This document shows, one piece after another, positions 8,437 through 18,107 of a stretch of DNA of 51,099 nucleotides (position 1 is its first letter; each line of letters opens with the position of its first letter). The translations under genes were made by a program, and so were the position numbers. This DNA comes from Burkholderiales bacterium (GTDB lineage: Bacteria > Pseudomonadota > Gammaproteobacteria > Burkholderiales > SHXO01). The stretch lies in assembly GCA_035622675.1 (NCBI GenBank), contig DASPUW010000333.1, positions 1-51,099 of the forward strand, written 5' to 3'. The notes below the pieces were generated by a model. It had not been told where the DNA came from, did no database searches, and worked only from the letters and a program-made list of their open reading frames with translations.

Positions 8437-9648
8437 TCAGCTCAATGAGCTGCGCCTGATGCGCGCATCTTTCCGCTTGAGCACATCGGGCTGCAGGCGT
8501 GTGCCGAGCCCCGGGCCTTTGGGCGCGGTGATGTAACCGTCCTTGAGCGGCGGCAGCTCGGTTACCAGCTGCCCGTACCAGTCGTGGTAGAAGGCGCGCA
8601 CCACCTCCTGCACCAGCGTGTTCGGGCAGTTGAGGGAGAGGTGCACGGAGGCGGTCAGCAGGATCGGTCCCGTGCAGTCGTGCGGCGCGACGGGAAGCTG
8701 GTATGCCTCGGCCATGGTGGCGATCTTCTTTGCTTCGGTGAGGCCGCCGGTCCAGCCCACGTCGAACATGCACACGCTCACAGCCCGCTTCTCGAACAGA
8801 TCGCGGAAGGCCCAGCGCGTGCCGAGCGTTTCGCTCGCCGTGACCCACACGTCGGTCCGGTGCGCGTATTCAGCGAGCGCGTCGAGGTTGTCCATCTTGA
8901 TCGGGTCCTCGTACCAGTACGGCTGGAATGGCTCGATCGCCTTGGCGAGCTTGATCGCGGTCGGCAGGTTCCACAGCGAGTGAAATTCGACGTGGATGTC
9001 CATCTTGTCGCCCACAGCCGTGCGTATTTTTTCGAACGGCTGCAGCGCCTTCCTCAGATCCGCGCTGGAGATGTGGGTGCCGTTGGATGCTTCCGCGTAG
9101 GCGTCGAAGGGCCAGATCTTCATGCCCGTGTAGCCTTCGGACAGCAGCGACTGGGCGAGCTCATCCGCATACTGCATGAACCCGACCAGATCCTCGTACG
9201 GCTGGTATCGGCCGCTGTCGCCGGGCAGGCCGAAGTTTGCCGTTCCTTGCTCCGACCTGGCGCGCACGTACTGATAGCCGGCGCAGGTGTTGTAGGCGCG
9301 CACCCTGTCCCGGCTCGCGCCGCCCAGGAGCTGATAGATGGGCTGGCCTGTAATCTGACCCAGAATGTCCCACAGGGCGATGTCTACCGCGGACGCAGCG
9401 CGCATCTCGGCGCCGACCGTCTTGAAGCCAAGATAGTTGTACAGCATGTGCCGGCTGTGCTTGTCGATCTGCAGCGGATTGGCACCGAGCAGGTAAGGCG
9501 CGATGGTCTGGTGAATGTGAGCGATGACCGGCTCCACGGCGTAGAAGGTTTCGCCCAGTCCCACGACGCCTTCGTCGGTGTGCACGTGCACCCACAGCAC
9601 GTTGGGAAATTTCTCCAGGTTGATGGTCTCGATGGCGGTGATCTTCAT
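8437..9648 (-). CDS. enolase-superfamily enzyme (mandelate racemase/muconate lactonizing family; probable sugar-acid dehydratase)
   Basis: 403 aa. The N-terminal capping domain reads MKITAIETINL...VHVHTDEGVVGLGE. The barrel has YWYEDP and the acid residues typical of the family. Confidence 0.88.
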   Translation of the reverse strand: MKITAIETINLEKFPNVLWVHVHTDEGVVGLGETFYAVEPVIAHIHQTIAPYLLGANPLQIDKHSRHMLYNYLGFKTVGAEMRAASAVDIALWDILGQITGQPIYQLLGGASRDRVRAYNTCAGYQYVRARSEQGTANFGLPGDSGRYQPYEDLVGFMQYADELAQSLLSEGYTGMKIWPFDAYAEASNGTHISSADLRKALQPFEKIRTAVGDKMDIHVEFHSLWNLPTAIKLAKAIEPFQPYWYEDPIKMDNLDALAEYAHRTDVWVTASETLGTRWAFRDLFEKRAVSVCMFDVGWTGGLTEAKKIATMAEAYQLPVAPHDCTGPILLTASVHLSLNCPNTLVQEVVRAFYHDWYGQLVTELPPLKDGYITAPKGPGLGTRLQPDVLKRKDARIRRSSLS

Positions 9649-9730
9649 TCGTGCTCGCGTTGTTTTAGTTGACGTGAGGCGACGGTAAGTACGGCCCGGC
9701 TCGGGCCGGTAGGAATCTTGCTTATTATAA

Positions 9731-9749
9731 GCTAGGCAACTAAACTAGC
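9731..9749. promoter_or_regulatory. candidate MarR operator (inverted repeat)
   Basis: GCTAG-N9-CTAGC lies immediately upstream of the marR-family ATG at 9754, in an AT-richer divergent intergenic region. Confidence 0.3.
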
Positions 9750-9753
9750 CCGC

Positions 9754-10230
9754 ATGTTCCGCGAGGACTTGTCGCGCAACTTCGCTTTCATCCTGCACGA
9801 TGTGGCGCGGCTGCTGCGCACCACTTTCGACCGGCGCGTGAAGTCGCTCGGCTTCACGCGGTCGCAATGGTGGGTGCTCAATCATCTGTTTCGCAGCAAC
9901 GGCGTCACGCAGTCCGACCTCGCCGAGATTCTGGAAATCGAGAAGGCGACCCTTGGGCGCCTGCTCGATCGCCTCGAAGCCAAGGGCCTGGTACGCCGCG
10001 AGGACGATGCCAACGACCGGCGCGCAAAGCGCGTGTTCCTGACCGAAGAAGTGGAACCTGCGATCAAGGCGATGCGTGCCGCGGCGGCGGAGCTGCGCCG
10101 CGATGCACTCGCCGGGCTGTCGCCGGACGAGCGGGACCGTTTCGTGGACGCGCTGCTGGCCGTAAAAGCCAATCTCAACGGCGGTGACAACGGAGCGGCG
10201 CGCAACGGCGCACGCGCACGGAGGAGCTAG
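9754..10230 (+). CDS. MarR-family transcriptional regulator
   Basis: 158 aa. Winged-helix core LGFTRSQWWVLNHL...GVTQSDLAEILEIEKATLGRLLDRLEAKGLVRREDDANDRRAKRVFLT. Confidence 0.92.
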   Translation: MFREDLSRNFAFILHDVARLLRTTFDRRVKSLGFTRSQWWVLNHLFRSNGVTQSDLAEILEIEKATLGRLLDRLEAKGLVRREDDANDRRAKRVFLTEEVEPAIKAMRAAAAELRRDALAGLSPDERDRFVDALLAVKANLNGGDNGAARNGARARRS

Positions 10231-10232
10231 CT

Positions 10233-11351
10233 ATGGCCGCCGCCAGAACTGCGCTGATTGCCGTCGGACGCGCCACCCGGTGGATATTGATCCTGCTGCT
10301 GCCATTGGTCGTGATCTTGACCGCCCTGGGCATGTACGCGCGTGGCGGGCGCGAGGTCGATACCGAGAACGCTTACGTGAAGGCGGATATCCTGCCGGTG
10401 AGCGCGGAAGTGTCCGGGCGTGTGATCGAGGTCGTGGCGCGCGACAACGAACCGGTTCCCGCCGGCCAGCTTCTGTTCCGGCTCGACCCCGTGCCGTTCG
10501 AGATCACGCTGGACCGGGCGCGGGCGCGGATGGACGTCGTGCGCACCGAGCTGCAGTCTCTCCACGCCGAGTATCGCGAGACGCTGCTGGAGAGAGCGGA
10601 GGCGCACGACCGCATCGATTTCCTGGCGCGGCAGCTCGAGCGGCAGGAGCTGCTCAAGGAAAAGGGCATGAGCCGGGCCGACGTCTACGACGAGGCGCGG
10701 CTCAACCTGCAGGTCGCGCGCGCTCATCTGGCCGCTGTGGAGGAGCGTATCAATCGCGTCGTCGCGAGCCTGGCGGGCGATCCGCGCCTGCCCACGGAGC
10801 GGCATCCGCGCTTCGCCGAAGCGAAGGCGGCGTACGAGGCGGCCGCTGTAGACTTGGGGCACGTCCAGGTGAAGGCACCCGCAGCCGGCGTAGTGAGCAA
10901 CCTCAAGCTGCAGCGGGGCGAACACGTGGAGAAGGGCACGCCGGTCTTCAGCCTGATCCAGAGCGGGCCGGCCTGGGTCGAGGCTAACTTCAAAGAGACG
11001 CAGCTTACCCATATGCGCGTGGGGCAGAAGGCGCAGGTTGTGGTGGATGCGTATCCCGATGTCGAGTGGCCAGCCGTTGTGGCCGCGATTGCACCGGCCA
11101 CCGGCGCGGAGTTCGCAGTGCTGCCGCCTCAAAACGCCACCGGGAACTGGGTGAAGGTGGTGCAACGCGTGCCCGTGCGCATCCGGGTCGATCAACCACC
11201 CGGTCAACCGGTGCTGCGCGCAGGCATGACCGTCACGGTGGTGGTCGACACCGGCCACAGCCGCGGTCTGCCGCGCGTCGTGCAGGGCCTGATCGAGAAA
11301 GGCTTCCTGCCGCGCTTTCTCGAGCCCGCCGACGCGGTCGCACGCAACTGA
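10233..11351 (+). CDS. emrA: HlyD/EmrA-family membrane fusion protein of MFS efflux pump
   Basis: N-terminal TM segment, TENAYVKADILPVSAEVSGRV, a coiled-coil segment, and a C-terminal NATGNWVKVVQRVPVRI motif typical of EmrA. Confidence 0.9.
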   Translation: MAAARTALIAVGRATRWILILLLPLVVILTALGMYARGGREVDTENAYVKADILPVSAEVSGRVIEVVARDNEPVPAGQLLFRLDPVPFEITLDRARARMDVVRTELQSLHAEYRETLLERAEAHDRIDFLARQLERQELLKEKGMSRADVYDEARLNLQVARAHLAAVEERINRVVASLAGDPRLPTERHPRFAEAKAAYEAAAVDLGHVQVKAPAAGVVSNLKLQRGEHVEKGTPVFSLIQSGPAWVEANFKETQLTHMRVGQKAQVVVDAYPDVEWPAVVAAIAPATGAEFAVLPPQNATGNWVKVVQRVPVRIRVDQPPGQPVLRAGMTVTVVVDTGHSRGLPRVVQGLIEKGFLPRFLEPADAVARN

Positions 11352-11385
11352 TGTAGCGGCCGTAGCCAAAACAAAGGCGCCGAGC

Positions 11386-12930
11386 ATGAGCGTCACAGTG
11401 CACGGCCGGAAGCGCCACCCGGCGCTCGTCACCGGCTCGGCCATGCTCGCGTCGCTGCTGTACTCCATCGACTGGACCATCGCGGCGGTTGCGCTGCCGC
11501 ACATGCAAGGCACGTTCTCGGCCACGCAGGACCAGGTCGCGTGGGTCATCACCTCGTACATCGTGGCCTCGGCCATCATGATCCCCACTGCCGGGTGGCT
11601 GAGTGCCCGATTCGGGCGCAAGCGCCTGTTCGTGTGCGCGGTGGCCGGGTTCACCGCGGCTTCCGCCGTGTGCGGTGCGGCCAGTTCGCTGACCATGGAG
11701 GTAGTGGCGCGCATTGTTCAGGGCATGAGCGGCGCTTTTATCATTCCCCTGGCCCACGCCATCATTCTCGACACCTACCCGCCCGAGCAGCAGGGAAAGG
11801 CGATGGCCATGTGGGGCGCAGGCTGGGTGTTCGGCTCGGTGATCGGCCCGACACTCGGCGGCTATCTCACCGAGTACTTCTCGTGGCGCGACATCTTCTA
11901 CATCAACGTCCCCTTCGGCCTGCTGGCTCTGACGGGCGGGCTGCTGTTCTTGCCCGATACGGAGCGTGACCCGACGCGCCGCCTGGACTGGTTCGGATTC
12001 CTGACGCTGGCGGTGGGTATCGGCTCGCTGCAGATGATGATGGACCGCGGCCAGCGGCTCGACTGGTTCGAGTCCGAGGAGATCGTCGTGCTGGCGTGCC
12101 TTGCGATCCTCGGCATGTATCTGTTCGTCGTGCATACCTTGACCGCGCCCGCACCGTTCCTCGATCCGCATCTGATCGGGCGGCGCAGCTACATCGTGAG
12201 CCTGCTGCTGATCTCGGTGTATGGCTTTGTCACGCTGCCGCCGATGATCCTGATGCCGGCTTTTCTCGAGCACCTGCGCGGCTTCTCGATCGATGCTGTC
12301 GGAATGCTACAGTCGCCGCGCGGCGCTGGGTTGCTGCTGGCGCTCATCATCGGCGGGCAGGTCACGGGCAAGATCGACCCTCGGCTACTGATCGCCTTCG
12401 GCCTGCTGTGCCTGGCTCTTTCCAACTGGGAGATGTCGGGGTGGACCGCCGAGGTCGCCGAGTGGCCGATCGTGTGGACCGGCTTCTTGCAGGGTGTAGG
12501 CGCGGGTATCGTGCTCGTGCCGATACAGATGATCGCGTTCCGGGTGCTGGAGCCGCATCAGCGCACCGACGCAGCGGCGGTCTTCAACCTGGTGCGCAGC
12601 GTATTCAGCAGCATCGGCGTGTCCCTCGCCCTGACGCTGTTCGTCGTCATCACCACCACCGATCGCGCGCGCCTCGTCGAATACGTCTCACCTTACAGCG
12701 TCGGCCTGCGCTACCAGAGCGGCTACACTACGGGGACCGGTCACGGGCTTGCGATGCTCGAGCGCGAGATCGAGCAGCAAGCCGCGATGACGGGGTACAA
12801 CACGGTGTTCTTCTCGATCGCCCTGGCCGCGCTCGCTGCTTTGCCTTTGGTGCTGCTGGTCGGGCGTCCACCCAAGGCAGGCAGCTCGGCGCCTCTCGAT
12901 CATCAGGAGAAGCTGGTCATCGGAGAATAG
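11386..12930 (+). CDS. emrB: MFS transporter, DHA2 (EmrB/QacA) subfamily
   Basis: 514 aa, consistent with a 14-TM protein. Motifs LDWTIAAVALPHM, GWLSARFGRKRLF and GPTLGGYLTEYFSWRDIFYINVP. Confidence 0.9.
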   Translation: MSVTVHGRKRHPALVTGSAMLASLLYSIDWTIAAVALPHMQGTFSATQDQVAWVITSYIVASAIMIPTAGWLSARFGRKRLFVCAVAGFTAASAVCGAASSLTMEVVARIVQGMSGAFIIPLAHAIILDTYPPEQQGKAMAMWGAGWVFGSVIGPTLGGYLTEYFSWRDIFYINVPFGLLALTGGLLFLPDTERDPTRRLDWFGFLTLAVGIGSLQMMMDRGQRLDWFESEEIVVLACLAILGMYLFVVHTLTAPAPFLDPHLIGRRSYIVSLLLISVYGFVTLPPMILMPAFLEHLRGFSIDAVGMLQSPRGAGLLLALIIGGQVTGKIDPRLLIAFGLLCLALSNWEMSGWTAEVAEWPIVWTGFLQGVGAGIVLVPIQMIAFRVLEPHQRTDAAAVFNLVRSVFSSIGVSLALTLFVVITTTDRARLVEYVSPYSVGLRYQSGYTTGTGHGLAMLEREIEQQAAMTGYNTVFFSIALAALAALPLVLLVGRPPKAGSSAPLDHQEKLVIGE

Positions 12931-12969
12931 CGCCTGTAGCATCGAGCCTCGCATCCACCTGGAATTTCG

Positions 12970-13839
12970 ATGACCGCCGTAGATCGCCCCATCTATCCAC
13001 GCCGCAGTCTGCTGTTCGTCCCCGCGCTGCGCCCCGACCGCTATGCCAAGGCGTTGCAGGCGGGCGCCGACATCGTGTGCGTGGACATGGAAGACGCGGT
13101 CGCCCTCGATCGCAAGGACGAAGGCCGCCGCTTGGCTCTGCCGCTGTTCGCGCAGGACGCGAACGTTCAAGCGGAGCGAATGGTGCGTATCAACCCGCTC
13201 TCGACCCTGCACGGCCTGAAGGACCTGCAGGCGATCCTGGAATCTCCCGCGCCGCCGCCGTCGATCATGATTCCGAAGGTGAGATCGGCCGAAGAGATTC
13301 AGCTGATCGACACTCTGCTCTCCACAACGCCGACCCGGCGCATCCGCTTCTGCGTCATCATCGAGACCAATCAGGCGCTCGAGCGGGCACACGAGATCGC
13401 ACGCGCCAGCGACAGGATCGATTCGATGATCCTGGGCGCGGTCGACATGAGCGCGGATCTGCGCTGCGAGAAATCGTGGGAGCCGCTGCTCTATACCCGT
13501 TCACGCCTGGTGCACGCCGCGGCGAGCGCGGGCATCGACCTGCTCGACGTCCCTTTCCTCAACCTCGACGACCCTGAGGGATTGCGCCGGGAAGCGTCGG
13601 CCTGCGCGCGTCTGGGATTCACGGGCAAGGCGTCGATCCACCCCAATCAGCTCCCGATCATCCACGATGCATTCACGCCCACGCCAGAGCAGATCGCAAA
13701 GGCGCGAAGAGTCGTCGCCGCCTTCGAGCAGAACAAGACCGGACTCGTCGTGCTGGACGGCGAGCTGATCGAGCTGCCCGTCGTGAGGTCGATGTACCGC
13801 GTGATTGCCATCGCGGAGCGCGTCGGCGCGAAGCCCTGA
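12970..13839 (+). CDS. HpcH/HpaI aldolase / citrate lyase beta subunit (CitE)-like lyase
   Basis: 289 aa. RSLLFVPA...ADIVCVDMEDAV...RINP...PKV are typical CitE-like motifs. Confidence 0.85.
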   Translation: MTAVDRPIYPRRSLLFVPALRPDRYAKALQAGADIVCVDMEDAVALDRKDEGRRLALPLFAQDANVQAERMVRINPLSTLHGLKDLQAILESPAPPPSIMIPKVRSAEEIQLIDTLLSTTPTRRIRFCVIIETNQALERAHEIARASDRIDSMILGAVDMSADLRCEKSWEPLLYTRSRLVHAAASAGIDLLDVPFLNLDDPEGLRREASACARLGFTGKASIHPNQLPIIHDAFTPTPEQIAKARRVVAAFEQNKTGLVVLDGELIELPVVRSMYRVIAIAERVGAKP

Positions 13840-13943
13840 CGATCGAGCACCGGGTCGTGTGCGGCGCGGGCGTTCCTCGGACGCGAGCGCTTCCTCGAGC
13901 ACAGGGCCAAACCCGGTAGAATCAGTTGTCGGCCGGAGACAGC

Positions 13944-14996
13944 GTGAACGCACCTGAAACCAAGATACCGCGCTTGACCAGCCTTTCACACGGCGGCGGC
14001 TGCGGCTGCAAGATCGCGCCCGCGATGCTGGAGCAAATCATTGGCAGGAGCGCGTCGAGCATCCTGCCCAAAGCGCTTCTGGTCGGCATCGAGACCAGCG
14101 ACGACGCAGCCGTGTACCAGATCAGCGAATCGCAGGCGATCGTCGCCACCACGGATTTCTTCACGCCGATCGTCGACGACCCCTTCGATTTCGGAGCCAT
14201 CGCGGCGACCAACGCCATCTCCGACGTGTATGCGATGGGCGGCATGCCGGTATTTGCGCTCGCCGTGGTTGGGATGCCGATCAACACCTTGCCTGCCGCG
14301 ACCATCCGGCGCATCCTGGAGGGCGGCGAGTCGGTGTGCAGGCGCGCGGGCATTCCGGTGGCGGGCGGCCACAGCATCGATTCGGTGGAGCCCATATACG
14401 GGCTGGTGGCGATTGGCCTGGTGCATCCGAAGGACGTGAAGCGCAACTGCGGCGCGCGCGCGGGCGACAGGCTGGTGCTCGGCAAGGCGCTCGGTATGGG
14501 TGTCTACGGTGCGGCGTTGAAGAAGCAGGCGCTGAGCCACGATTGCTACCGGGCGATGATCGCATGCGCAACCCGGCTCAACACCCCCGGGCCTGTGCTT
14601 GCGCGCCTCGACGGGGTGCACGCGCTCACCGACGTGACCGGCTTCGGGCTGCTCGGGCATCTGCTCGAGGTGAGCAAAGGATCGAATGTGGCGGCAGTCA
14701 TCGACTGGGAGCGTGTCCCGCTGCTGTCACAAGCGCGTGAACTGGTGCGTCAGGGCCACAAGACCGGCGCCTCCGCGCGCAACTGGGATGGATACGGAGC
14801 GCTGGTGAACCTCGGCCGGCGCGGTGATGAGGAGCAGGTTCTGCTGACGGACCCGCAGACCAGCGGGGGACTGCTGGTGGCGTGTGCGCCGCAGGCCGTC
14901 GACCGGGTGCTCGGCGTGTTCCGCGCCGACGGCTTTGAGCAGGCGGCGGTTGTCGGCGAGTTCGTCGCCGGTGCGCCCGGCGTGCGAGTCGAGTAG
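13944..14996 (+). CDS. selD: selenide, water dikinase (selenophosphate synthetase), Cys-type
   Basis: Active-site loop LTSLSHGGGCGCKIAP, and PurM-like domains. GTG at 13944 is preceded by GGAGA (13935..13939). The track start, TTG at 13926, is an alternative. Confidence 0.92.
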   Translation: MNAPETKIPRLTSLSHGGGCGCKIAPAMLEQIIGRSASSILPKALLVGIETSDDAAVYQISESQAIVATTDFFTPIVDDPFDFGAIAATNAISDVYAMGGMPVFALAVVGMPINTLPAATIRRILEGGESVCRRAGIPVAGGHSIDSVEPIYGLVAIGLVHPKDVKRNCGARAGDRLVLGKALGMGVYGAALKKQALSHDCYRAMIACATRLNTPGPVLARLDGVHALTDVTGFGLLGHLLEVSKGSNVAAVIDWERVPLLSQARELVRQGHKTGASARNWDGYGALVNLGRRGDEEQVLLTDPQTSGGLLVACAPQAVDRVLGVFRADGFEQAAVVGEFVAGAPGVRVE

Positions 14997-15012
14997 GAAT
15001 GCAGGAGGCGGT

Positions 15013-15795
15013 ATGAACGCGGTGGAGCACGAGGTGTGGAACGAGCTGCGCCGCTCGGCGATAGAGCAGAGCGAGCAAGAGCCGGTGTTGTCCGGTCATC
15101 TCTACGACCTGGTCATCCGTCACAGCGGCTATCCCGAAGCGCTCGCGTATTTGATCGCGGCCAGCCTGGGGAACCACGTTTTCAACGTCGTGGCGATGGC
15201 GGAGCTCACCAGCGAGACGATCCGACGCAACTCATCCATCGTCACAGCCAGCCTGTACGATCTCACCGCCGTGCGCTCGCGCGACCCCGCTTGCGAGAGC
15301 ACCTTGATTCCCTTTCTCTACTACAAGGGGTTCAAGGGCCTGCAGGGGTATCGGGTGGCGCATGCACTGTGGACCGCGGGGCGCAGCGGTGTCTCGCGTT
15401 TTCTCCAGAGCCGCATCGCAGACGTCTTCGCGATGGACATCCATCCTGCGGCGCGCATCGGGCAGGGGGTCTTTATCGATCATGGCACCGGCATCGTCAT
15501 CGGCGAGACCACGGTCGTCGAGGACGATGTCTCCATCCTGCAATCGGTGACGCTGGGGGGGACCGGGAAGGAGAGCGGCGACCGCCACCCGAAGATCCGC
15601 CGCGGCGTGATGATCGGAGCGGGCGCCGAGATCCTGGGCAACATCGAGGTCGGCGAGGGCTCGAAGGTCGCGGCGGGCAGTGTCGTGCTTGCGTCGGTTC
15701 CGCCGCACACGACGGTCGCTGGCGTGCCCGCGAAACCTGTCGGCAAGCCGCTCGGGGAGGTGCCGGCGTTCGACATGAGGCAGGAGCTGGAATAG
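15013..15795 (+). CDS. cysE: serine O-acetyltransferase
   Basis: SATase N-terminal domain plus hexapeptide repeats (DIHPAARIGQGVFIDHGTGIVIGETTVV...GVMIGAGAEILGNIEVGEGSKVAAGSVV). AGGAGG lies at 15004..15009, upstream of the ATG at 15013. Confidence 0.92.
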   Translation: MNAVEHEVWNELRRSAIEQSEQEPVLSGHLYDLVIRHSGYPEALAYLIAASLGNHVFNVVAMAELTSETIRRNSSIVTASLYDLTAVRSRDPACESTLIPFLYYKGFKGLQGYRVAHALWTAGRSGVSRFLQSRIADVFAMDIHPAARIGQGVFIDHGTGIVIGETTVVEDDVSILQSVTLGGTGKESGDRHPKIRRGVMIGAGAEILGNIEVGEGSKVAAGSVVLASVPPHTTVAGVPAKPVGKPLGEVPAFDMRQELE

Positions 15796-15870
15796 CCCGG
15801 TCTCGCGTCACGCTGCGCTCCACCTGACGACGCTCCGACGCAACGAGTCACGAATCACGGCTGGCCCGTT

Positions 15871-16614
15871 TTGATTGCGCTCGAGAACGTCTCGAAAGCC
15901 TTCGCCGCCAAGGCCGTGCTGGCGCCAACCTCGCTTGCGCCGTCCCAGGGCCGTACCACCGTCCTGCTCGGCCCCAGCGGTTGCGGCAAGTCCACGCTCC
16001 TGCGTCTGATGGTCGGATTGATCGCACCCGACTCGGGCCGCGCGCTGTTCGACGGGACCGAAATCTCTCCCGCCAACGTGGACACGGTGCGCCACCGAAT
16101 CGGCTACGTGATTCAGGAAGGCGGCCTGTTCCCGCACCTCGATGGAATCGGCAACGTCACGCTCCTAGCCGGCTATCTGGGGCGCGACCAGGGCTGGATC
16201 GAAGGCCGTGTGAGTGCGCTGTGCGCGCTCGTGCGAATTCCGCGGGAGCTGTTGCAGCGCTACCCGCACGAGCTGTCCGGCGGTGAGCGTCAGCGTGTCG
16301 CCCTCATGCGGGCGCTCATGCTCGAGCCGGAGGTCTTGCTCATGGATGAGCCGCTGGCCGCGCTCGATGCCATCACGCGGCGCGAGCTGCAGGGGGAGCT
16401 CAAGGAGCTCTTTGCGGCGCTCGCCAAGACCGTGGTCCTGGTGACGCACGACCTGCACGAAGCGGCGTGGTTCGGCGACGAGATCGTGCTGATGCGCGCT
16501 GGCCGCATCGTGCAGCGGGGCAGCCTCGAAGATCTCCTGCAACGGCCTGCGGAGCCTTTCGTCACGCAATTTGTCCGCGCGCAGCGGGCGGACCCGCGGC
16601 TGGTCGCCAAATGA
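15871..16614 (+). CDS. ABC transporter ATP-binding protein (osmoprotectant/quaternary-amine type)
   Basis: Walker A GPSGCGKST, signature LSGGERQRV, Walker B LLMDEP. TTG start. Confidence 0.9.
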   Translation: MIALENVSKAFAAKAVLAPTSLAPSQGRTTVLLGPSGCGKSTLLRLMVGLIAPDSGRALFDGTEISPANVDTVRHRIGYVIQEGGLFPHLDGIGNVTLLAGYLGRDQGWIEGRVSALCALVRIPRELLQRYPHELSGGERQRVALMRALMLEPEVLLMDEPLAALDAITRRELQGELKELFAALAKTVVLVTHDLHEAAWFGDEIVLMRAGRIVQRGSLEDLLQRPAEPFVTQFVRAQRADPRLVAK

Positions 16615-18107
16615 AACCCCTGCTGCTCGGGCTGTGCCTGGCGTGCGCTGCGAGCGCGGGGTTCGCACAGCAGACCCTGGTGGTGGGCTCCAAACGCTTT
16701 ACCGAGTCTTACATCCTCGGCGAAATCGCTGCGCAGACCGTGCGCGCGACCGGCACCAACGCTGAGCATCGGCAGGGCCTCGGCAACACCGGCATTGTTT
16801 TCGCGGCGCTCAAGAGCGGAAGCATCGACCTCTATCCTGACTACACCGGGACGGTGGCGCGCGAGCTGCTCAAGTCCGAGGCTTCGGATCTGGAATCGCT
16901 CAACCGCGGGTTGGGTCCGATGGGGCTGGGTGTAGCGGTGCCGTTCGGCTTCGATGACACCTACGCGCTGGCGATGCGGGAGGACGAGGCCCAGCGCCTG
17001 GGTGTGCAGACCATCACCGAGCTGGCCGCGCAGCCGCAGCTTCGCTTCGGCTTGTCGCACGAGTTTCTCAACCGCAACGACGGCTGGCCGGGACTCGCCC
17101 GCACCTACGCTCTGCCGCAGGCGCCCCGCGGATTGGACCATGGGCTTGCCTACGAGGCGCTGGCGGGCGGCCAGATCGATGTCATGGATATCTACTCCAC
17201 TGACGCGAAGATCGCAAAGTACAAGCTGCGTGTGTTGCGCGACGACCGCCATTTCTTCCCCGATTACGGCGCGGTGCTGGTCTATCGCCTCGATGTTCCG
17301 CAGCGTTTTCCGCGCGCCTGGGCGGCGCTGCAGAGGCTGCAAGGACGGATCAACGCCGACGCGATGGTGGCGATGAACGCGCAGGCCGAGCTGGGTGGGC
17401 AGGGGTTCGCCGATGTCGCGGCCGGTTTTCTCGCGCGCAGCGATGCGGCGAGCGCCACAGGCAGAGGCGGGTTCTGGTCGCTCATGCTGGGCCGCGACTT
17501 CTGGCGCCTGACCGGGCAGCAGTTGCTGCTGGTGTTCGCGTCTCTGGCGGCCGCAATCGCAGCGGGGATTCCCCTCGGCGTGTGGGCGGCGCGCTCGCGC
17601 GCCGCAGCGCAGCCGATCCTGTCGGGCGTCGGGCTGATTCAGACCGTCCCGTCGCTCGCCCTGCTCGCTTTTCTGATCCCGCTGCTGGGCACGATCGGAA
17701 CGTGGCCGGCGCTGGTAGCGCTATTCCTGTATTCGCTGCTGCCGATCGTGCGCAACACGCACAGCGGGTTGACCGGCATCGCACCTGAGCTGCGCGATTC
17801 GGCTCGTGCGCTGGGGCTGCCGGCGCCGGCGCGGCTGCGCCTGATCGAGCTCCCGCTTGCGGCGCGCTCGATATTGGCCGGGATCAAGACTTCGGCCGTG
17901 ATCAACGTCGGCACGGCGACCATCGCTGCCTTCATCGGCGCGGGCGGCTACGGCGAGCGCATTGCCACGGGGCTGGCCCTCAATGACAACGCCATGCTGT
18001 TGGCCGGGGCCGTGCCGGCGGCGCTGATGGCGCTGCTGGTGCACGCGTTGTTCGAGCTTTTGGACCGGCGGTTGATTCCGGCTGGGTTGCGTCAGGCGAG
18101 CGGCTGA
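16611..18107 (+). CDS. fused substrate-binding protein + permease of OpuC/YehZ-type ABC importer
   Basis: ATG at 16611 overlaps the ATPase stop (ATGA). A signal peptide is followed by the SBP motif VVGSKRFTESYILGEI...DLYPDYTGT. The C-terminal half has permease TM segments and an EAA-like loop (ELRDSARALGL). Confidence 0.85.
   Translation: MKPLLLGLCLACAASAGFAQQTLVVGSKRFTESYILGEIAAQTVRATGTNAEHRQGLGNTGIVFAALKSGSIDLYPDYTGTVARELLKSEASDLESLNRGLGPMGLGVAVPFGFDDTYALAMREDEAQRLGVQTITELAAQPQLRFGLSHEFLNRNDGWPGLARTYALPQAPRGLDHGLAYEALAGGQIDVMDIYSTDAKIAKYKLRVLRDDRHFFPDYGAVLVYRLDVPQRFPRAWAALQRLQGRINADAMVAMNAQAELGGQGFADVAAGFLARSDAASATGRGGFWSLMLGRDFWRLTGQQLLLVFASLAAAIAAGIPLGVWAARSRAAAQPILSGVGLIQTVPSLALLAFLIPLLGTIGTWPALVALFLYSLLPIVRNTHSGLTGIAPELRDSARALGLPAPARLRLIELPLAARSILAGIKTSAVINVGTATIAAFIGAGGYGERIATGLALNDNAMLLAGAVPAALMALLVHALFELLDRRLIPAGLRQASG

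Noticed and set aside
10227-11714. 495-aa minus-strand ORF. Similar long antisense or out-of-frame ORFs occur elsewhere, e.g. 2291..3121, 2763..3674, 4450..5370, 16290..17342, 34379..35761, 39340..40458 and 47595..49118.
   Set aside because: All of them overlap genes with clear family signatures on the other strand or in another frame. All have Arg/Pro/Gly/Ala-biased low-information translations.
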